A stretch of DNA of 63,724 nt, filler included, from Trichomonas gallinae (GCA_008369845.1; 6 parts of 6 records of this genome joined end to end with filler, not necessarily neighbours in it); one strand, 5' to 3'. Shown: positions 32,528-43,680, numbered from the whole stretch's first letter. Translations and numbers: made by a program. The notes: generated from the letters alone by a model not told the origin.

Positions 32528-34756
32528 ATGGCATCTACTGATACCAAAGAATCTTCGAACTTGATGGATGAGCTCCGCCACGTACAGCTCCTGCTCAAGC
32601 GTGAAGATATTTTTTACGATTTTCAGGCAAACGAAATTAAAGAATTAAACCAATCACTTAGGAACGAGTCACAAAAAGTCTTATACCTTCAAAAATTCCT
32701 CATTTATCTCCACATGTGCTCCATGGGCGATAAATGCGTCAAGCTCGCTCCAACTTTCTATGACTCTTTATTCAAGGATATTCCAGAAAAGCAGCAGCCA
32801 TCTGCCTCCAACCAAGTCAACGTCTACAATAAAATCATCACCGAATTCACCAAAGAAATCGAGCTTCTAGCGAAGGCTTGCGCTGACCTTGTTACAAAGA
32901 AACCAGAATCAGCTGACTTGTTGACATTTTCAACAATCCCAGGTCTCTTTGGCTACCTCTGGAGTGCTGAAGCTGCTAAGAATTTCCTTGTCTTCATGGA
33001 GAAGGTTATTTCGATTAATCCAGATGTTGCTAAAGTTCTCGCAAGAGTTATTTTCGCTCTTCCACAATTCCGCTTATTCTTCGATGCTGTTATCGCCGAT
33101 CTCGTTAACAAGGTTCCAGCAGTGAACAGTCCGGAGTCTGCCGAACAATTTGCGACAGAATTCATCCAGAAATGGAAGGATATCGTCCAGTTCTGCCCAG
33201 ATATCGTTAAGACTGTTGCTTCATACTTAGACAAACCAGCACAGCTACTTCTCGAATCTTTCATCAAACCAGCTTTCGCTTCTCCACTTACTTTCGGCAT
33301 TGTTCCAATCAGCCTCCGCGTTGGTCCAGAGCCCACACAATTAATCGCTGATTGCCTCGCAAATCATATCGACGAATTATGGCAGAGCATCGTTGACGTT
33401 CCAAAGGCTGCTCCACTTCCATCTGCTGAGAAGTTGACATCAATCCTCCCAGATCTCGGCAAGTCTGCACTCTTCACAAGCGAAGATCTTGGAATTCTTA
33501 TCGATCTCGTTGCATCTGCAACAGAAGTCAAGCCAGACTTCCCAATCAAGCCAGGCCAGATCGACAAGCAGAACGCTAGCACCGAATATATCAGCTACTC
33601 CTTCACATTACCATCTGTCCAGGAAGTTCACCACGCTGACCATTCATCCAGCGAATTATCACCAGCAGACGAGATTGAGCTCCAGCTCCGCCAGATGCTC
33701 ATCGGTGTCGACGTCATCCCACTCGCTGCTCAGTCCAACGATCAGCCAGATATGGTTTCTCTCCTCAAATCTCAAGTACAGCTTGCACGCCCAGACCACC
33801 GCCTTCTCCTCGAGATGAGGATCGACGACTTCGAGACAGCCCGCCGCAAGGCAGATGCCGACAAGCAGGCTTCATCATTCCAGGACTTCCTCAACCTCCT
33901 CAAGGAGAAGTTCAAACAGCGCCAGCAGGACAGACTCGACAAGCTCTCAAAGATCTCTTTGTACAACACAGAGTTCTCTCAGATGGGCCAACTCTCAAAG
34001 GGCCTCAAGAAGTCCATCGACTTCTACAGGGATGTCTTGAGATTCCACTTAGTCGAACAGTGGCTCAATGAGACAAACCCATTGGCTGGCATCACAGACA
34101 CTCTCTGCACAGAGAGCGATCAGTTCGTCAACTTCTTCAACCAGACAGTCGAGCAGTGGAAGAACTGGTGCAAGACACACAACTACACACCAGAGTGCAA
34201 GTACGAGATCCTCCACAACATCATAATGAGAGAGCTCCCACTCGACAAGTTCCTCCAGATGAACCAGGAGTACATCAAGTACGACGAGAACTGCCACACA
34301 GGCATCAGAGACAAGAAGGAAGAATTGCTCAGACAGAACACATTCGACTTCACATCTACATTCCAGGAGAATCCAAAGCTTCTCGAAGCAGCACAGAGGC
34401 AGCTCCAGCAGGCATTCGATGCTTCGCTTCCTCTCGTTAAGCTCCACTACTTCAGTGAGGCCCTCAACACACTCGTTTTCGTCCTCACATTCGAGGGACA
34501 TAAGGAAATCGGTGCTGATCAATGGCTCCCGATGACAATCTTGCTTTTGGTTCTCGCTGCTCCAGAGAGACTCCCATCAACAATCAAGTACATCGACCAC
34601 TTCGTGAAGAGCCTCAACGAGCAGAACCAGACATCAGACATGAAACTCATCTCCGAGCAAACTGACTACAACTTCACAATGGTCAAGTCTTCACTCATGC
34701 ACTTCCAGAAGTCGATACCTGATATCGCCCCACCTGGTGAGACCGGAATGATGTAA
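32528..34756 (+). CDS. VPS9-domain Rab5 GEF with RasGAP-like N-terminal region (GAPVD1-like)
   Basis: GADQWLP...YIDHF...YNFT VPS9 signature; FIKPAFASPLTFGI resembles the RasGAP FxxPAI.sP..fgi motif. Confidence 0.8.
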   Translation: MASTDTKESSNLMDELRHVQLLLKREDIFYDFQANEIKELNQSLRNESQKVLYLQKFLIYLHMCSMGDKCVKLAPTFYDSLFKDIPEKQQPSASNQVNVYNKIITEFTKEIELLAKACADLVTKKPESADLLTFSTIPGLFGYLWSAEAAKNFLVFMEKVISINPDVAKVLARVIFALPQFRLFFDAVIADLVNKVPAVNSPESAEQFATEFIQKWKDIVQFCPDIVKTVASYLDKPAQLLLESFIKPAFASPLTFGIVPISLRVGPEPTQLIADCLANHIDELWQSIVDVPKAAPLPSAEKLTSILPDLGKSALFTSEDLGILIDLVASATEVKPDFPIKPGQIDKQNASTEYISYSFTLPSVQEVHHADHSSSELSPADEIELQLRQMLIGVDVIPLAAQSNDQPDMVSLLKSQVQLARPDHRLLLEMRIDDFETARRKADADKQASSFQDFLNLLKEKFKQRQQDRLDKLSKISLYNTEFSQMGQLSKGLKKSIDFYRDVLRFHLVEQWLNETNPLAGITDTLCTESDQFVNFFNQTVEQWKNWCKTHNYTPECKYEILHNIIMRELPLDKFLQMNQEYIKYDENCHTGIRDKKEELLRQNTFDFTSTFQENPKLLEAAQRQLQQAFDASLPLVKLHYFSEALNTLVFVLTFEGHKEIGADQWLPMTILLLVLAAPERLPSTIKYIDHFVKSLNEQNQTSDMKLISEQTDYNFTMVKSSLMHFQKSIPDIAPPGETGMM

Positions 34757-35170
34757 TAACTTAATAATACTTTGTCCTGGCTTAAAATTCTTTATTATAA
34801 TAAAATCAGTTTTATTCAAATTCATTATGGATTCTCAGTTTTTTATTTTATGAAATAATTATTGTTGTTGAATTCATTTCATTCAATAAAAACAAAAGTA
34901 AACATATAAACAAATCATAGCAGATCTGTATAATTAGGCGAGCATTGACAAGAAAATTCACATTACTGCATCATATGAAGTTACAAACTTTTTTCAATAA
35001 ATTTTCTTGAATAACAGCTTTAATAGATGCTTCAGCAAATGGTCAAATTTCTGTTTTAAGTTAGAATTATAGATGTCTCTTATAAATTGATTTACAACAG
35101 TGAATAATAGTATTTCTCGAAAAATAACAAATAATGTTTAAAATATACATAAAAGTGTTTTGTGAGATAA

Positions 35171-36688
35171 TTAAATCATTTCGAATTCTTTCGGCAAATC
35201 AGGCAATGGTTTTGTCATTGGTGGATCTTGCTTCATGTCTTTGTTTTCAAAGGCCCAGGCTTCTACATCAGGGAAGTCAGGAATAATCTTTCCTGTGTTA
35301 AGCGACAAAATTTCTTTCTCAGTGAAATCGTATTTGTTACTGTTGACTAACCGGAACATTACGTAGGAGAACCACTCACCCTGCATTTCTGGGACAATCT
35401 CCTCGGGGAATCGTCTGTTTTTAATGATGCTTTTTGCGAAAGCAATCAAATAATGCAAGCTATGGATTAAAGGGAACTGGAACTCTTTGAAATCATTGAT
35501 AAGAAGGCCCATATCCAATGAACTTGTGTCTAAATCGAAAATCCATTTGCTTACAACTCTGAAATCCGTGATTTGTAGCATAATTTGCATGATCGACTGA
35601 ATGAATCCGTTTCCGAAACCAGCCATCATGAAAGACTCTTGGAATCCAACGAGTTGAGTGCAGATCTGTTTCGAGTCATGAGCAACTGTTTGAATCACAT
35701 CATTGAAATACGTTAAAAATCTTGCTAATGTTGTTTGAGCTGCAGAAGCGAGCATTGAACTTATTGATCCGTATTTGTTTGGGTATTCTTTTTGTATAAA
35801 TCTTAAAAGCGCATAAATATTTGCTAATAAATAAAAATTCAACTCATCGTTTGTTTCTTTGGCGCATGCGAGGTTGCATATAAGAAGTATTGCATTTTCT
35901 ACGTTTTCTGGCGTGATTTGATTCGATGATTTAAGATATTTGCAAATCAAAACAGAAAGCAAAGGAATCATTTGCTTTCCGTGTAGTTGGGAGACAGTTC
36001 CTACTTCTCCTGAATATGATATATAAAGCATATCTCTGCCTGTCAAGAATTTAATTGTTTGCAAAACAATTTTTGCTGATCCGTTAATATTGGCTTGTTT
36101 GTTCTCCAGCATAGTCTGTATTTTATCGAGAAAGTCAATATCTTCGAGTGTCACATCTGTTTTGGACAAATATTCAAGAATCATGTATAATCCAGTTGAA
36201 CCCCAAGTATCGCGTGCGGGATGAATGCGATCTGGCACCGGCTTTATTGTTAAAATAGACTCGTAGTACTGATCCAATGGCGAAACAGGACCTTTCGCAT
36301 CAGTTATCGGCAAAATTTCATCTTGATATGCTCCTTTTTCAAATTGCATTGTAATTGTGAATTTACCAATCTTTGAGTCAATTTCTATCAATTTCATCGG
36401 TTTTTGCTCTTTTGCGACCTCTTCAACAGGCAAATTAATTTTTTGATGTCCGATTTGATACCTAATGCTATTTTTGTTGAATGCATTGAGCGATACGATC
36501 ATTTCTGTCGATTCTTTTGTTTCGCATTCGACTGTGAAGTTATCCTCTGTGGTTAAAACAGGCTGATCCGCAACATAGCATGGAAGGGAACCATTGTCGC
36601 CGTTAAATATCCACGAGACATAGACGTCTGACGGCAAAACGCGAGGAATTGTGATACATGTTACATGACAAAGAACAGGTTCCTTCAT
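35171..36688 (-). CDS. NT-C2 domain protein with helical (Dilute-like) C-terminal region
   Basis: Beta-rich N-terminus (VYVSW, IGHQKINL, GKFTITMQF) followed by an all-helical region. Confidence 0.55.
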   Translation of the reverse strand: MKEPVLCHVTCITIPRVLPSDVYVSWIFNGDNGSLPCYVADQPVLTTEDNFTVECETKESTEMIVSLNAFNKNSIRYQIGHQKINLPVEEVAKEQKPMKLIEIDSKIGKFTITMQFEKGAYQDEILPITDAKGPVSPLDQYYESILTIKPVPDRIHPARDTWGSTGLYMILEYLSKTDVTLEDIDFLDKIQTMLENKQANINGSAKIVLQTIKFLTGRDMLYISYSGEVGTVSQLHGKQMIPLLSVLICKYLKSSNQITPENVENAILLICNLACAKETNDELNFYLLANIYALLRFIQKEYPNKYGSISSMLASAAQTTLARFLTYFNDVIQTVAHDSKQICTQLVGFQESFMMAGFGNGFIQSIMQIMLQITDFRVVSKWIFDLDTSSLDMGLLINDFKEFQFPLIHSLHYLIAFAKSIIKNRRFPEEIVPEMQGEWFSYVMFRLVNSNKYDFTEKEILSLNTGKIIPDFPDVEAWAFENKDMKQDPPMTKPLPDLPKEFEMI

Positions 36689-36707
36689 TTATTATAATTG
36701 ATAATTT

Positions 36708-36855
36708 TATCATGTAAATTATTATTACTGACATGTAAATCATCTTATTATTGACACGTAATGTTTTTATTTGTCATAATTTCTAAATGTTTGTCTTTTT
36801 AAATATGACACGTAAATTATATTTTTGACAAATAATTTGTTATTTTGACATGTAA
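36708..36855. promoter_or_regulatory. Cluster of TGACAYGTAA motifs
   Basis: Exact copies at 36729, 36752, 36806 and 36846 plus a variant at 36708, directly upstream of ATG 36688. Confidence 0.65.
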
Positions 36856-37181
36856 ATATATAAGCTGACAAAAATTTAGCTATTTAGAATTCATTATTTA
36901 GAATGAATAGAAAGCATTAGTATAGTAGCATATTTATATTAGTAAAACAATACACATATAATGAGGAAGATGAATTATATGATAATAAACCATAAATGAA
37001 TGCTTTTTTGTTTCATTCATTTAATATTTTCATAACTAAGCTGTAATAATATATAAATGTGATTTGTATAGCAATATTTATAAGACAGAGAATATCAAAA
37101 TCTAATAGTTTTGATTAAAAGTTCAATGTATGTTGGAATTTTTTTTGTTTCAAAAATATTTTTTTTGTTTCAAAAATATTC

Positions 37182-37246
37182 AAAATATATTACTCACTTT
37201 TCCCGCGAAGCGAAGCGAAGCGGGAAAAGTGAGTATTATATATTTT
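37182..37246 (+). mobile_element. Long hairpin with GCGAAGC cap at a contig end; candidate Helentron-type element terminus
   Basis: Perfect 16-bp arms 37191-37206/37220-37235, extendable by 9 bp past a 2-nt bulge; loop GAA-GCGAAGC-GAA. Confidence 0.55.
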
Positions 37247-37252
37247 AATAGT

Positions 37253-37352
37253 NNNNNNNNNNNNNNNNNNNNNNNNNNNNNNNNNNNNNNNNNNNNTTAA
37301 TTAATTAANNNNNNNNNNNNNNNNNNNNNNNNNNNNNNNNNNNNNNNNNNNN
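37253..37352. other. Artificial contig linker
   Basis: N44-TTAATTAATTAA-N44. Confidence 0.97.
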
Positions 37353-37353
37353 C

Positions 37354-38514
37354 CATTTAAATCGTAATTCAAAATTAGAAATTTTTGTTGGCAAATCTCA
37401 TTCAATCAATTGCTCTTATAACCCAGATGATGACATTGAAGACGTGTCAGAGTATAGTGGATTCAGTGGCCATAATGCTTGCAATAACTACACTTTTGGA
37501 GGAATTGGTGGTGAATATACGAGAATTACCAATATCACACAAATAAAATTTAATGGTGTTTGGAGAAGTGGCAATGAAATTAATATTGTAATTGCTGGTG
37601 GAGGATCTGGTGCAACAATACAAACCAATGGAGCAAGTGCAGGTGGAAATAATTATACATACAAAATTAATCAATATGGGGAAGAAGAATTATGTAATGA
37701 AGGTTGTTTAGCTAAAAATCAAATCAGAGGACAAAGTAATATTGATCGTTGTGATCTTATACCAGGAAGTGGAGGAGGTGGTGGTCAAGAAAATAATGGT
37801 ATAGGTGGAAAAGCTGCTAATGAATCTTCAATTTATCTTTCAGCTGGAACAGGTGGCGCAAGTTACTATAATGAAGAATTTTTTATTGGAACACCAAGCG
37901 TTTTTGTTGGTATAAATAATTCAGTAATTGGTGATGGTTATATTGATATTGAACCTATTCACGAATGTTCAGCAAATCCTTCACCAGCATGCTTTGGTGA
38001 CTGTAGTCAAACTTCTTTTCCAACATATGAGTATTCATATTCTGAACATAGAATATGTAGAGCATGTCCAGCATATTGTGCAAGCTGTTTGAATGAAACT
38101 TACTGCATAAACTGCACATCAGATTATATATTATCTAATGGAAATTGTGTATCACCTGTTAAAGCTCAATTAGATCCAAAACTCTTAATAAAACCCAATG
38201 ATGAAACCCAAAAGAATAAAAAGCTATCGGCTGGTGTGATTGCTGGAATTGTTGTTGGTATTCTGGTAGTAGTCATAGCTGTTGTAGCTGCAGGAATTTT
38301 CTTCGTTTTAAGAGCTAAGAATGAAGATGAAGAAAGCACTTCAAAAGAAAACGAAGAAGTCCCAGAGACAGATATGATTGCTGGATCAGGAATGCTTACA
38401 ACACTAGAGAATCCAATCTTCACAACAACAACAATGTTTGGAGAAAATACAGATGATATCTTCGCTAATGAATTCGAAGAAGGAACAATTGAAAGACATT
38501 TCCTTCGTCACTGA
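37354..38514 (+). CDS. Gly-rich (ALK/LTK-type) + Cys-rich type I membrane protein (5' truncated by gap)
   Basis: Frame is open from the contig start; IVIAGGGSG, GGASYY, GDGYIDI; CPAYCASC repeat; TM; tail TLENPIF...DDIFANEFEE. Confidence 0.82.
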   Translation, partial: HLNRNSKLEIFVGKSHSINCSYNPDDDIEDVSEYSGFSGHNACNNYTFGGIGGEYTRITNITQIKFNGVWRSGNEINIVIAGGGSGATIQTNGASAGGNNYTYKINQYGEEELCNEGCLAKNQIRGQSNIDRCDLIPGSGGGGGQENNGIGGKAANESSIYLSAGTGGASYYNEEFFIGTPSVFVGINNSVIGDGYIDIEPIHECSANPSPACFGDCSQTSFPTYEYSYSEHRICRACPAYCASCLNETYCINCTSDYILSNGNCVSPVKAQLDPKLLIKPNDETQKNKKLSAGVIAGIVVGILVVVIAVVAAGIFFVLRAKNEDEESTSKENEEVPETDMIAGSGMLTTLENPIFTTTTMFGENTDDIFANEFEEGTIERHFLRH

Positions 38515-39593
38515 CAATGAATTTAATTTGTCTATCTATAGAGTACAAGTAGATGATATAAAATCCAATGAAATTGAAAGAATGAAAAAAAAAATAATTA
38601 GCAAATTCATGACATTATAACAACATATTATACTTACAATATATTTGTACATGATTCAGTTGTATATTTTAAACTCTGAATCGAATTATTAGAACCTAAA
38701 AATTTCAATTTTATAGAAATTATACTATGTTCTAATTAATTTCATATTATTATTAACAATATCATATTGCCATTGAACATAATAGAATTGTGATTCATTT
38801 TTGAATCAAGATTTGATATTTTCATCTTGATGATATTATCTGGAATAGGATATAATGAATTTTATAAACTATACTTATCTAATATTGTATCATAATGTTT
38901 GTTCTTGCATTGCTTTAATTTTTCAAAATTAAATCTCAACAATCAAATACAATATATAACATATTATTGCTTATATTCTGGCATAAATGTGTAATTTAAA
39001 CTGAAAAAAAAAAAAACTAATTATCTGTTATTTTGGAATAAAATTATATAATTTATGTATTCTGATTTAATAAACGTTACTAAGAAGACAATTAGGTTGT
39101 ATATCAAGTCTTTTAACTGCGCCTTGTGGTACAGTTTATTTATGTCAAATTTATTACTGCTATATTTATTAAAAATAATTAGATAAACATGGTACTTAGA
39201 TGGAGTTATACCAGAATTTAAAGTCAAATATATGGGAAATGGATAATAATAATCTTTAACGATTATTGGAACTTCATATAAATTTCCATTTTCCTAAGAT
39301 GCTTACTATGCCATAGATAACTTCCAGCACTGTTAAAACTTTAGTCTGTCATTTCTTGTATTCAGGAAATGTTGAACGTACGGAAAAAATAAATTAATAT
39401 AATTTTCGCAATATTGAGCATAATATTCAATTATTAATTATGCATAAAATCTATTTTAAAGGTATCTTTCTTTGTCAAACAAATTTTGAATTGGAGATTT
39501 TACGGGTGTCAAAAAAGTTATAATATTATTAATGCAATTGGTGTTTATAGTCATCACCGTTTTTATTGGAATCACCATGACTTCATTCGAATA

Positions 39594-39703
39594 AATTTGG
39601 AATAATGCTATAATTTGGAATTAAGTCGAATTTGGAATAATGAACTTTGTTCCAAATTCCGAATTCGTCTAAAAAAGTGACAATAAGTGCAATTATTTGG
39701 AAT
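39594..39703. repeat. Short interspersed AATTTGGAAT repeats
   Basis: Direct copies at 39594, 39612 and 39629; inverted TTCCAAATT at 39650; partial copy at 39695. Confidence 0.6.
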
Positions 39704-40208
39704 TTTGTTAATATTTATATAAATTCTTCATCTAACGTTGGAAGAAAAATATTTAAAGAATATTGATCTATCATATGTTAAACAGCAAATGAATTTAATT
39801 TTGAAATTCAAAATAAAGAGTAAAATCAAAAACTATTCATATTGTTTAATTTTTAAAAAGTTAATAATCATTGTTATTATTTCGAATAAAAATTTTTGTG
39901 AAGGAAATGGCAAAAACTTTAACGACGTTAATTTTTTGTTAAAGTACATTACTATTATATTAATGTAACATATTTAGTAAATTTTCTTTGAAGTAAATTT
40001 TTGAATATCGATTGGATTGTCTCGGAAACGTTCGACTGCAGACTTAGCTACTATTAATAATATATACTAGTTAAGTTTCAAAATGTCCTCTCAAATTTCA
40101 AAATAAATTTCAAAAATGAAATTTGTTAATTTTATAGTATTATTGAATAATCATGATATTTCAAAAGAATTTAAAATTAAACGATTTTTTCAATATAAAT
40201 ACATCAGA

Positions 40209-41552
40209 ATGTTCTTGTTGTTTTGTCTCAGCGCTGAAGAAAGGATAAAAGAATTTGAAAAAAACATAAAGTACAGTCCTGGATATTACAAGGTTACTGT
40301 TGTTGGATCGCAAGGAAAATCAGCATTTCAAAATAATCAAAGAGTAGAAACTACATTCGGAGGCCATGGAGCCATTATTACAGGTATAATGAATTTAACT
40401 CAACAAATAAAACTTATTTTTTCTGCAGTAAAATTAGGTGACGATTTGAACAACTATCAATGTGAAACTCGTGGTGGGAAGGGTGGTGGACCTTCAATAA
40501 TTGAAACTGATAACAGTATTCCAATTGTTGTTGCTGGTGGTGGGGCTGGCGCAACAATTGCGACCAATGGAGGTAGTGCAGGTGGTATAAATTATTCCTA
40601 CATAATTAACGAAGAAGGTCAAGAAGAAATTTGCACTGAAAAATGCTTGCATGAAGATAAAAAATCTGAAGATCCTAGTGCATGTTCTCAAAATACAATA
40701 CCAGAAAGCGGAGGTGGTGATGGTCATTTAAATGGTAATCGAGGAAAACCAGCAGATGAATCTTCAAAACATCTTGCCGCTGGGTCAGGAGGATCAAGTT
40801 ACTATGATGAGTCATATTTTGTTGAGACACCGAGAATTTTTACTGGTATGAATAATTCTGCACATGGAGAAGGTTATATTGAGTTTGAGCCTATTCTTGA
40901 TTGCTCAAAAGAACCAGATGAATTCATGAATTGTTCCTTAGGATTTTTTGACCTTCAAAGTAACAAATGTTATATGAACTGTAATGATACTTTCCCTCCA
41001 TCATACTCATTCGGAAGAACATGTAAATCATGTCCTGCAAACTGCACAAGCTGTTTGAATGAGTCCTTCTGCACAAGTTGCACAACAGGCTATGAATTGA
41101 TTAATGGTAAATGTTCACATCCTGAAAGATCACCTTCACCATCAATCACACCATCACCTTTTCCATCAATCATACCATCAAAAACTTCTCAGCCAACTGA
41201 GGAAGAATCAAAATTAAAACTTTACATTTCAACGCCAAAGAAGGAAACTCCAAATAAAAAGCCATCAATTGGCTTGATAGTTGGCATTGTTGCTGGTGTT
41301 TTGGCATTAATAACATTAATCGTTGTCACTATCATCATTATTAATCGTTCGAGTGGTGACGACAACTCATGCGAAGAAAGCCAAGCAGATATCGAAGAGA
41401 CTGTTATTACCCCAATGTCTGATTTGTGCGTCACTTTAGACAATCCAATATTCACAACAACTGTTTGCGGAGAAACAGATGATGTATTTGCTGATGATTT
41501 CGAAGAAGGAGCAATAGAAAAAATCTTCTGCCTCGATACATCAGCTTTGTAA
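40209..41552 (+). CDS. Gly-rich (ALK/LTK-type) + Cys-rich type I membrane protein, paralog of 37354
   Basis: Signal MFLLFCLS; PGYYKVTVVGSQG, IVVAGGGAG, GGSSYY, GEGYIEF; CPANCTSC; Pro/Ser/Thr stalk; TM; tail TLDNPIF...DDVFADDFEE. Confidence 0.87.
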   Translation: MFLLFCLSAEERIKEFEKNIKYSPGYYKVTVVGSQGKSAFQNNQRVETTFGGHGAIITGIMNLTQQIKLIFSAVKLGDDLNNYQCETRGGKGGGPSIIETDNSIPIVVAGGGAGATIATNGGSAGGINYSYIINEEGQEEICTEKCLHEDKKSEDPSACSQNTIPESGGGDGHLNGNRGKPADESSKHLAAGSGGSSYYDESYFVETPRIFTGMNNSAHGEGYIEFEPILDCSKEPDEFMNCSLGFFDLQSNKCYMNCNDTFPPSYSFGRTCKSCPANCTSCLNESFCTSCTTGYELINGKCSHPERSPSPSITPSPFPSIIPSKTSQPTEEESKLKLYISTPKKETPNKKPSIGLIVGIVAGVLALITLIVVTIIIINRSSGDDNSCEESQADIEETVITPMSDLCVTLDNPIFTTTVCGETDDVFADDFEEGAIEKIFCLDTSAL

Positions 41553-41920
41553 TTATTATATAGAGCGGAAATAATATGTTTTATATAATTTTTTTGAAAT
41601 TTAATAAATTTCTAATATTAGAACAAGATAGGTATCTTTTTTGTAATATACAAGCATTTTATGAGAACTTTGACACTACTTACGCTTAAAAAATTAATCA
41701 GGAAAATAAAATCATGTGGACTTAGTTAATATGCGCTGGTCATTCAATAGTAATGAAAGAGAAAGTGTAGTAAATGAATGAGATTAAGGAATAAACATTT
41801 GATAATTTAGATATAATTTAAAACAAAAATCTTTATTCACACAAAGATGGGAAACTTCGAGATACCTCATCAAAAGCACAATTTAGGGGCCTAATCGATC
41901 AAAAATCATTAATATGATAA

Positions 41921-43045
41921 TTATTCTTCCGGTTCTCCATAAACTTTAGCTTGGAGACGTTTCAGTTCAACTTCTAACTGTTTGTTTTCGTTCTCCAATT
42001 CATTGATCTGGTCCAAAAGAATCATATCATCTCTTTCTGTTTCCTCATATTGTCTACGAACTTCTTGGATGCGAGATGCTATGTCTGATGTCTGTTGGAG
42101 AGTGATATTGCTCATAGATTTTGTCTGTCCAAGCGTCGCTCGCAGTTTTTCTTTATCAGTTCTTGAAATCTGGAGTTGTTTTTCGTGGAATCTTTCCAAA
42201 CGCTTCTGTACTGATACAGCAGCTTGTGCCTGATAAACAGCTGATTCCATTGAACGCTCAATATGCTTCTTAGCTGATGAATATTCCGAATTTAATGCAT
42301 TAAGATGATCATTGTAGCATTTCTCGCGTTCTTTCATTTCATCTTCAAGTTTGTGTAATGATATTTGATGCTCAAGCTCTCTCATTTCGATTGTTGAAAG
42401 AGTTTCATTTATTTTGGCGCGAATATCTCTAACCTCGCTTCTGGATTGTGTAATAACGTTTGATATTTGTTCTTGTAGGTATTTAATACGCTTGTCGTGT
42501 TCCTGTGTCGCTTTCATACTTTGTTCTCGAATTTTAGCTAAATTAACTGTAGATGAGGATGCTGATTTTTGATAAGCTGTTCTAGATTGCTTCAGTTGTT
42601 CTTCTAATTCGGATAATTCCTCTTCTTTTTCATGTTTTAATACAGCAATATGTTCTCTTGCCCAATTTTCAGCTGATTTTGTCCTCGCCATGTATTCCTC
42701 CATTAAGCTTTTGATTTCAACTTTATTTTGTTCCCTAACACTATCAATTTCTTTCTTGTTTGCGTCGATTAAATCTTGAATTTCTTGATTATTTTCTTCT
42801 TCTTCCTCATTTTCTTCTTTATTTTCGAGATCACGTATAAGCTTAGCTAATTCTTCGTATTTTAGCGCAACCTTGCTTCTCATTGTTGCTAATCTTTTTT
42901 CAGCATCGTCAATCTTTGAATTTATGTCGTCAATTGCCTGCTGTCTTTCGGCTATAAGTGCCTGGCCTTGATTTTGCAAGGCTTCCATCTGTGACTGCTT
43001 TTGTTGCCGAAAAGAAGTCATTGCTTTGTAATAATTTAAACGCAT
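41921..43045 (-). CDS. Coiled-coil hypothetical protein
   Basis: 374-aa E/K/Q/R-rich heptad ORF; alternative ATG at 43021. Confidence 0.75.
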   Translation of the reverse strand: MRLNYYKAMTSFRQQKQSQMEALQNQGQALIAERQQAIDDINSKIDDAEKRLATMRSKVALKYEELAKLIRDLENKEENEEEEENNQEIQDLIDANKKEIDSVREQNKVEIKSLMEEYMARTKSAENWAREHIAVLKHEKEEELSELEEQLKQSRTAYQKSASSSTVNLAKIREQSMKATQEHDKRIKYLQEQISNVITQSRSEVRDIRAKINETLSTIEMRELEHQISLHKLEDEMKEREKCYNDHLNALNSEYSSAKKHIERSMESAVYQAQAAVSVQKRLERFHEKQLQISRTDKEKLRATLGQTKSMSNITLQQTSDIASRIQEVRRQYEETERDDMILLDQINELENENKQLEVELKRLQAKVYGEPEE

Positions 43046-43680
43046 AAATTGTATTTTCGATTTTATTGCAAAATCATTATCTTTATAGTATATTTTCTCA
43101 TAAATCTTATATTAAAGTTCACTGAAATCAATTATCTATATATTTGACATATAAATTATTGAAAATATGAAAAATGCCATGTAAAATCAAATTCTATAAA
43201 AATCATTTCTGAATTTTTGTATTATAATTCGATTTCTAATGAAGAATATTTTAATAATATCAAATAAAAATTATTATTCAGAAATAACATGAAATATACA
43301 AGTAAAATTAATCTAATGAAATTATATTCTGATTATATATCATATAATAAAATTAATTATTGAATAAAAATAGGAGATTAAAAAAAATAGGTTAATTACA
43401 ATTTGCCATGTAAAGTATTCAAAAATGGAAATCGACGTGTAAAATATTTTGGGCATATTTTTTATTTCTTTATTTTGAAGATGAAAATAGATTTATAAAA
43501 ACTATTATTTTAATATTCTCAAATATAAAACTGTATATCGCTAACTAGATTTTGTAAAATTTGCGAGTTTTGTTGTTTAATTTTAAAAATAGATAGTATA
43601 TCATATAAAGAATCTAAATAACAAATAAAAACGGGACTCAAATTTCTAAAATCTTTGCGACGATAGCCTATCATAGGGGA

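Noticed and set aside
32953..34522. Long antisense and alternative-frame ORFs over the VPS9 gene and similar shadow ORFs elsewhere
   Set aside because: By-products of biased codon usage in the real genes
39195..39590. Possible BspA-like LRR relic
   Set aside because: Only a few residues resemble the repeat; too decayed to support
41845..41895. TGATGA...GAA hammerhead- or snoRNA-like segment and TTAGGGGCCTAA near-palindrome
   Set aside because: Lacks the CTGATGA/GAAA core, consistent stems and a D box; too short to call a transposon footprint
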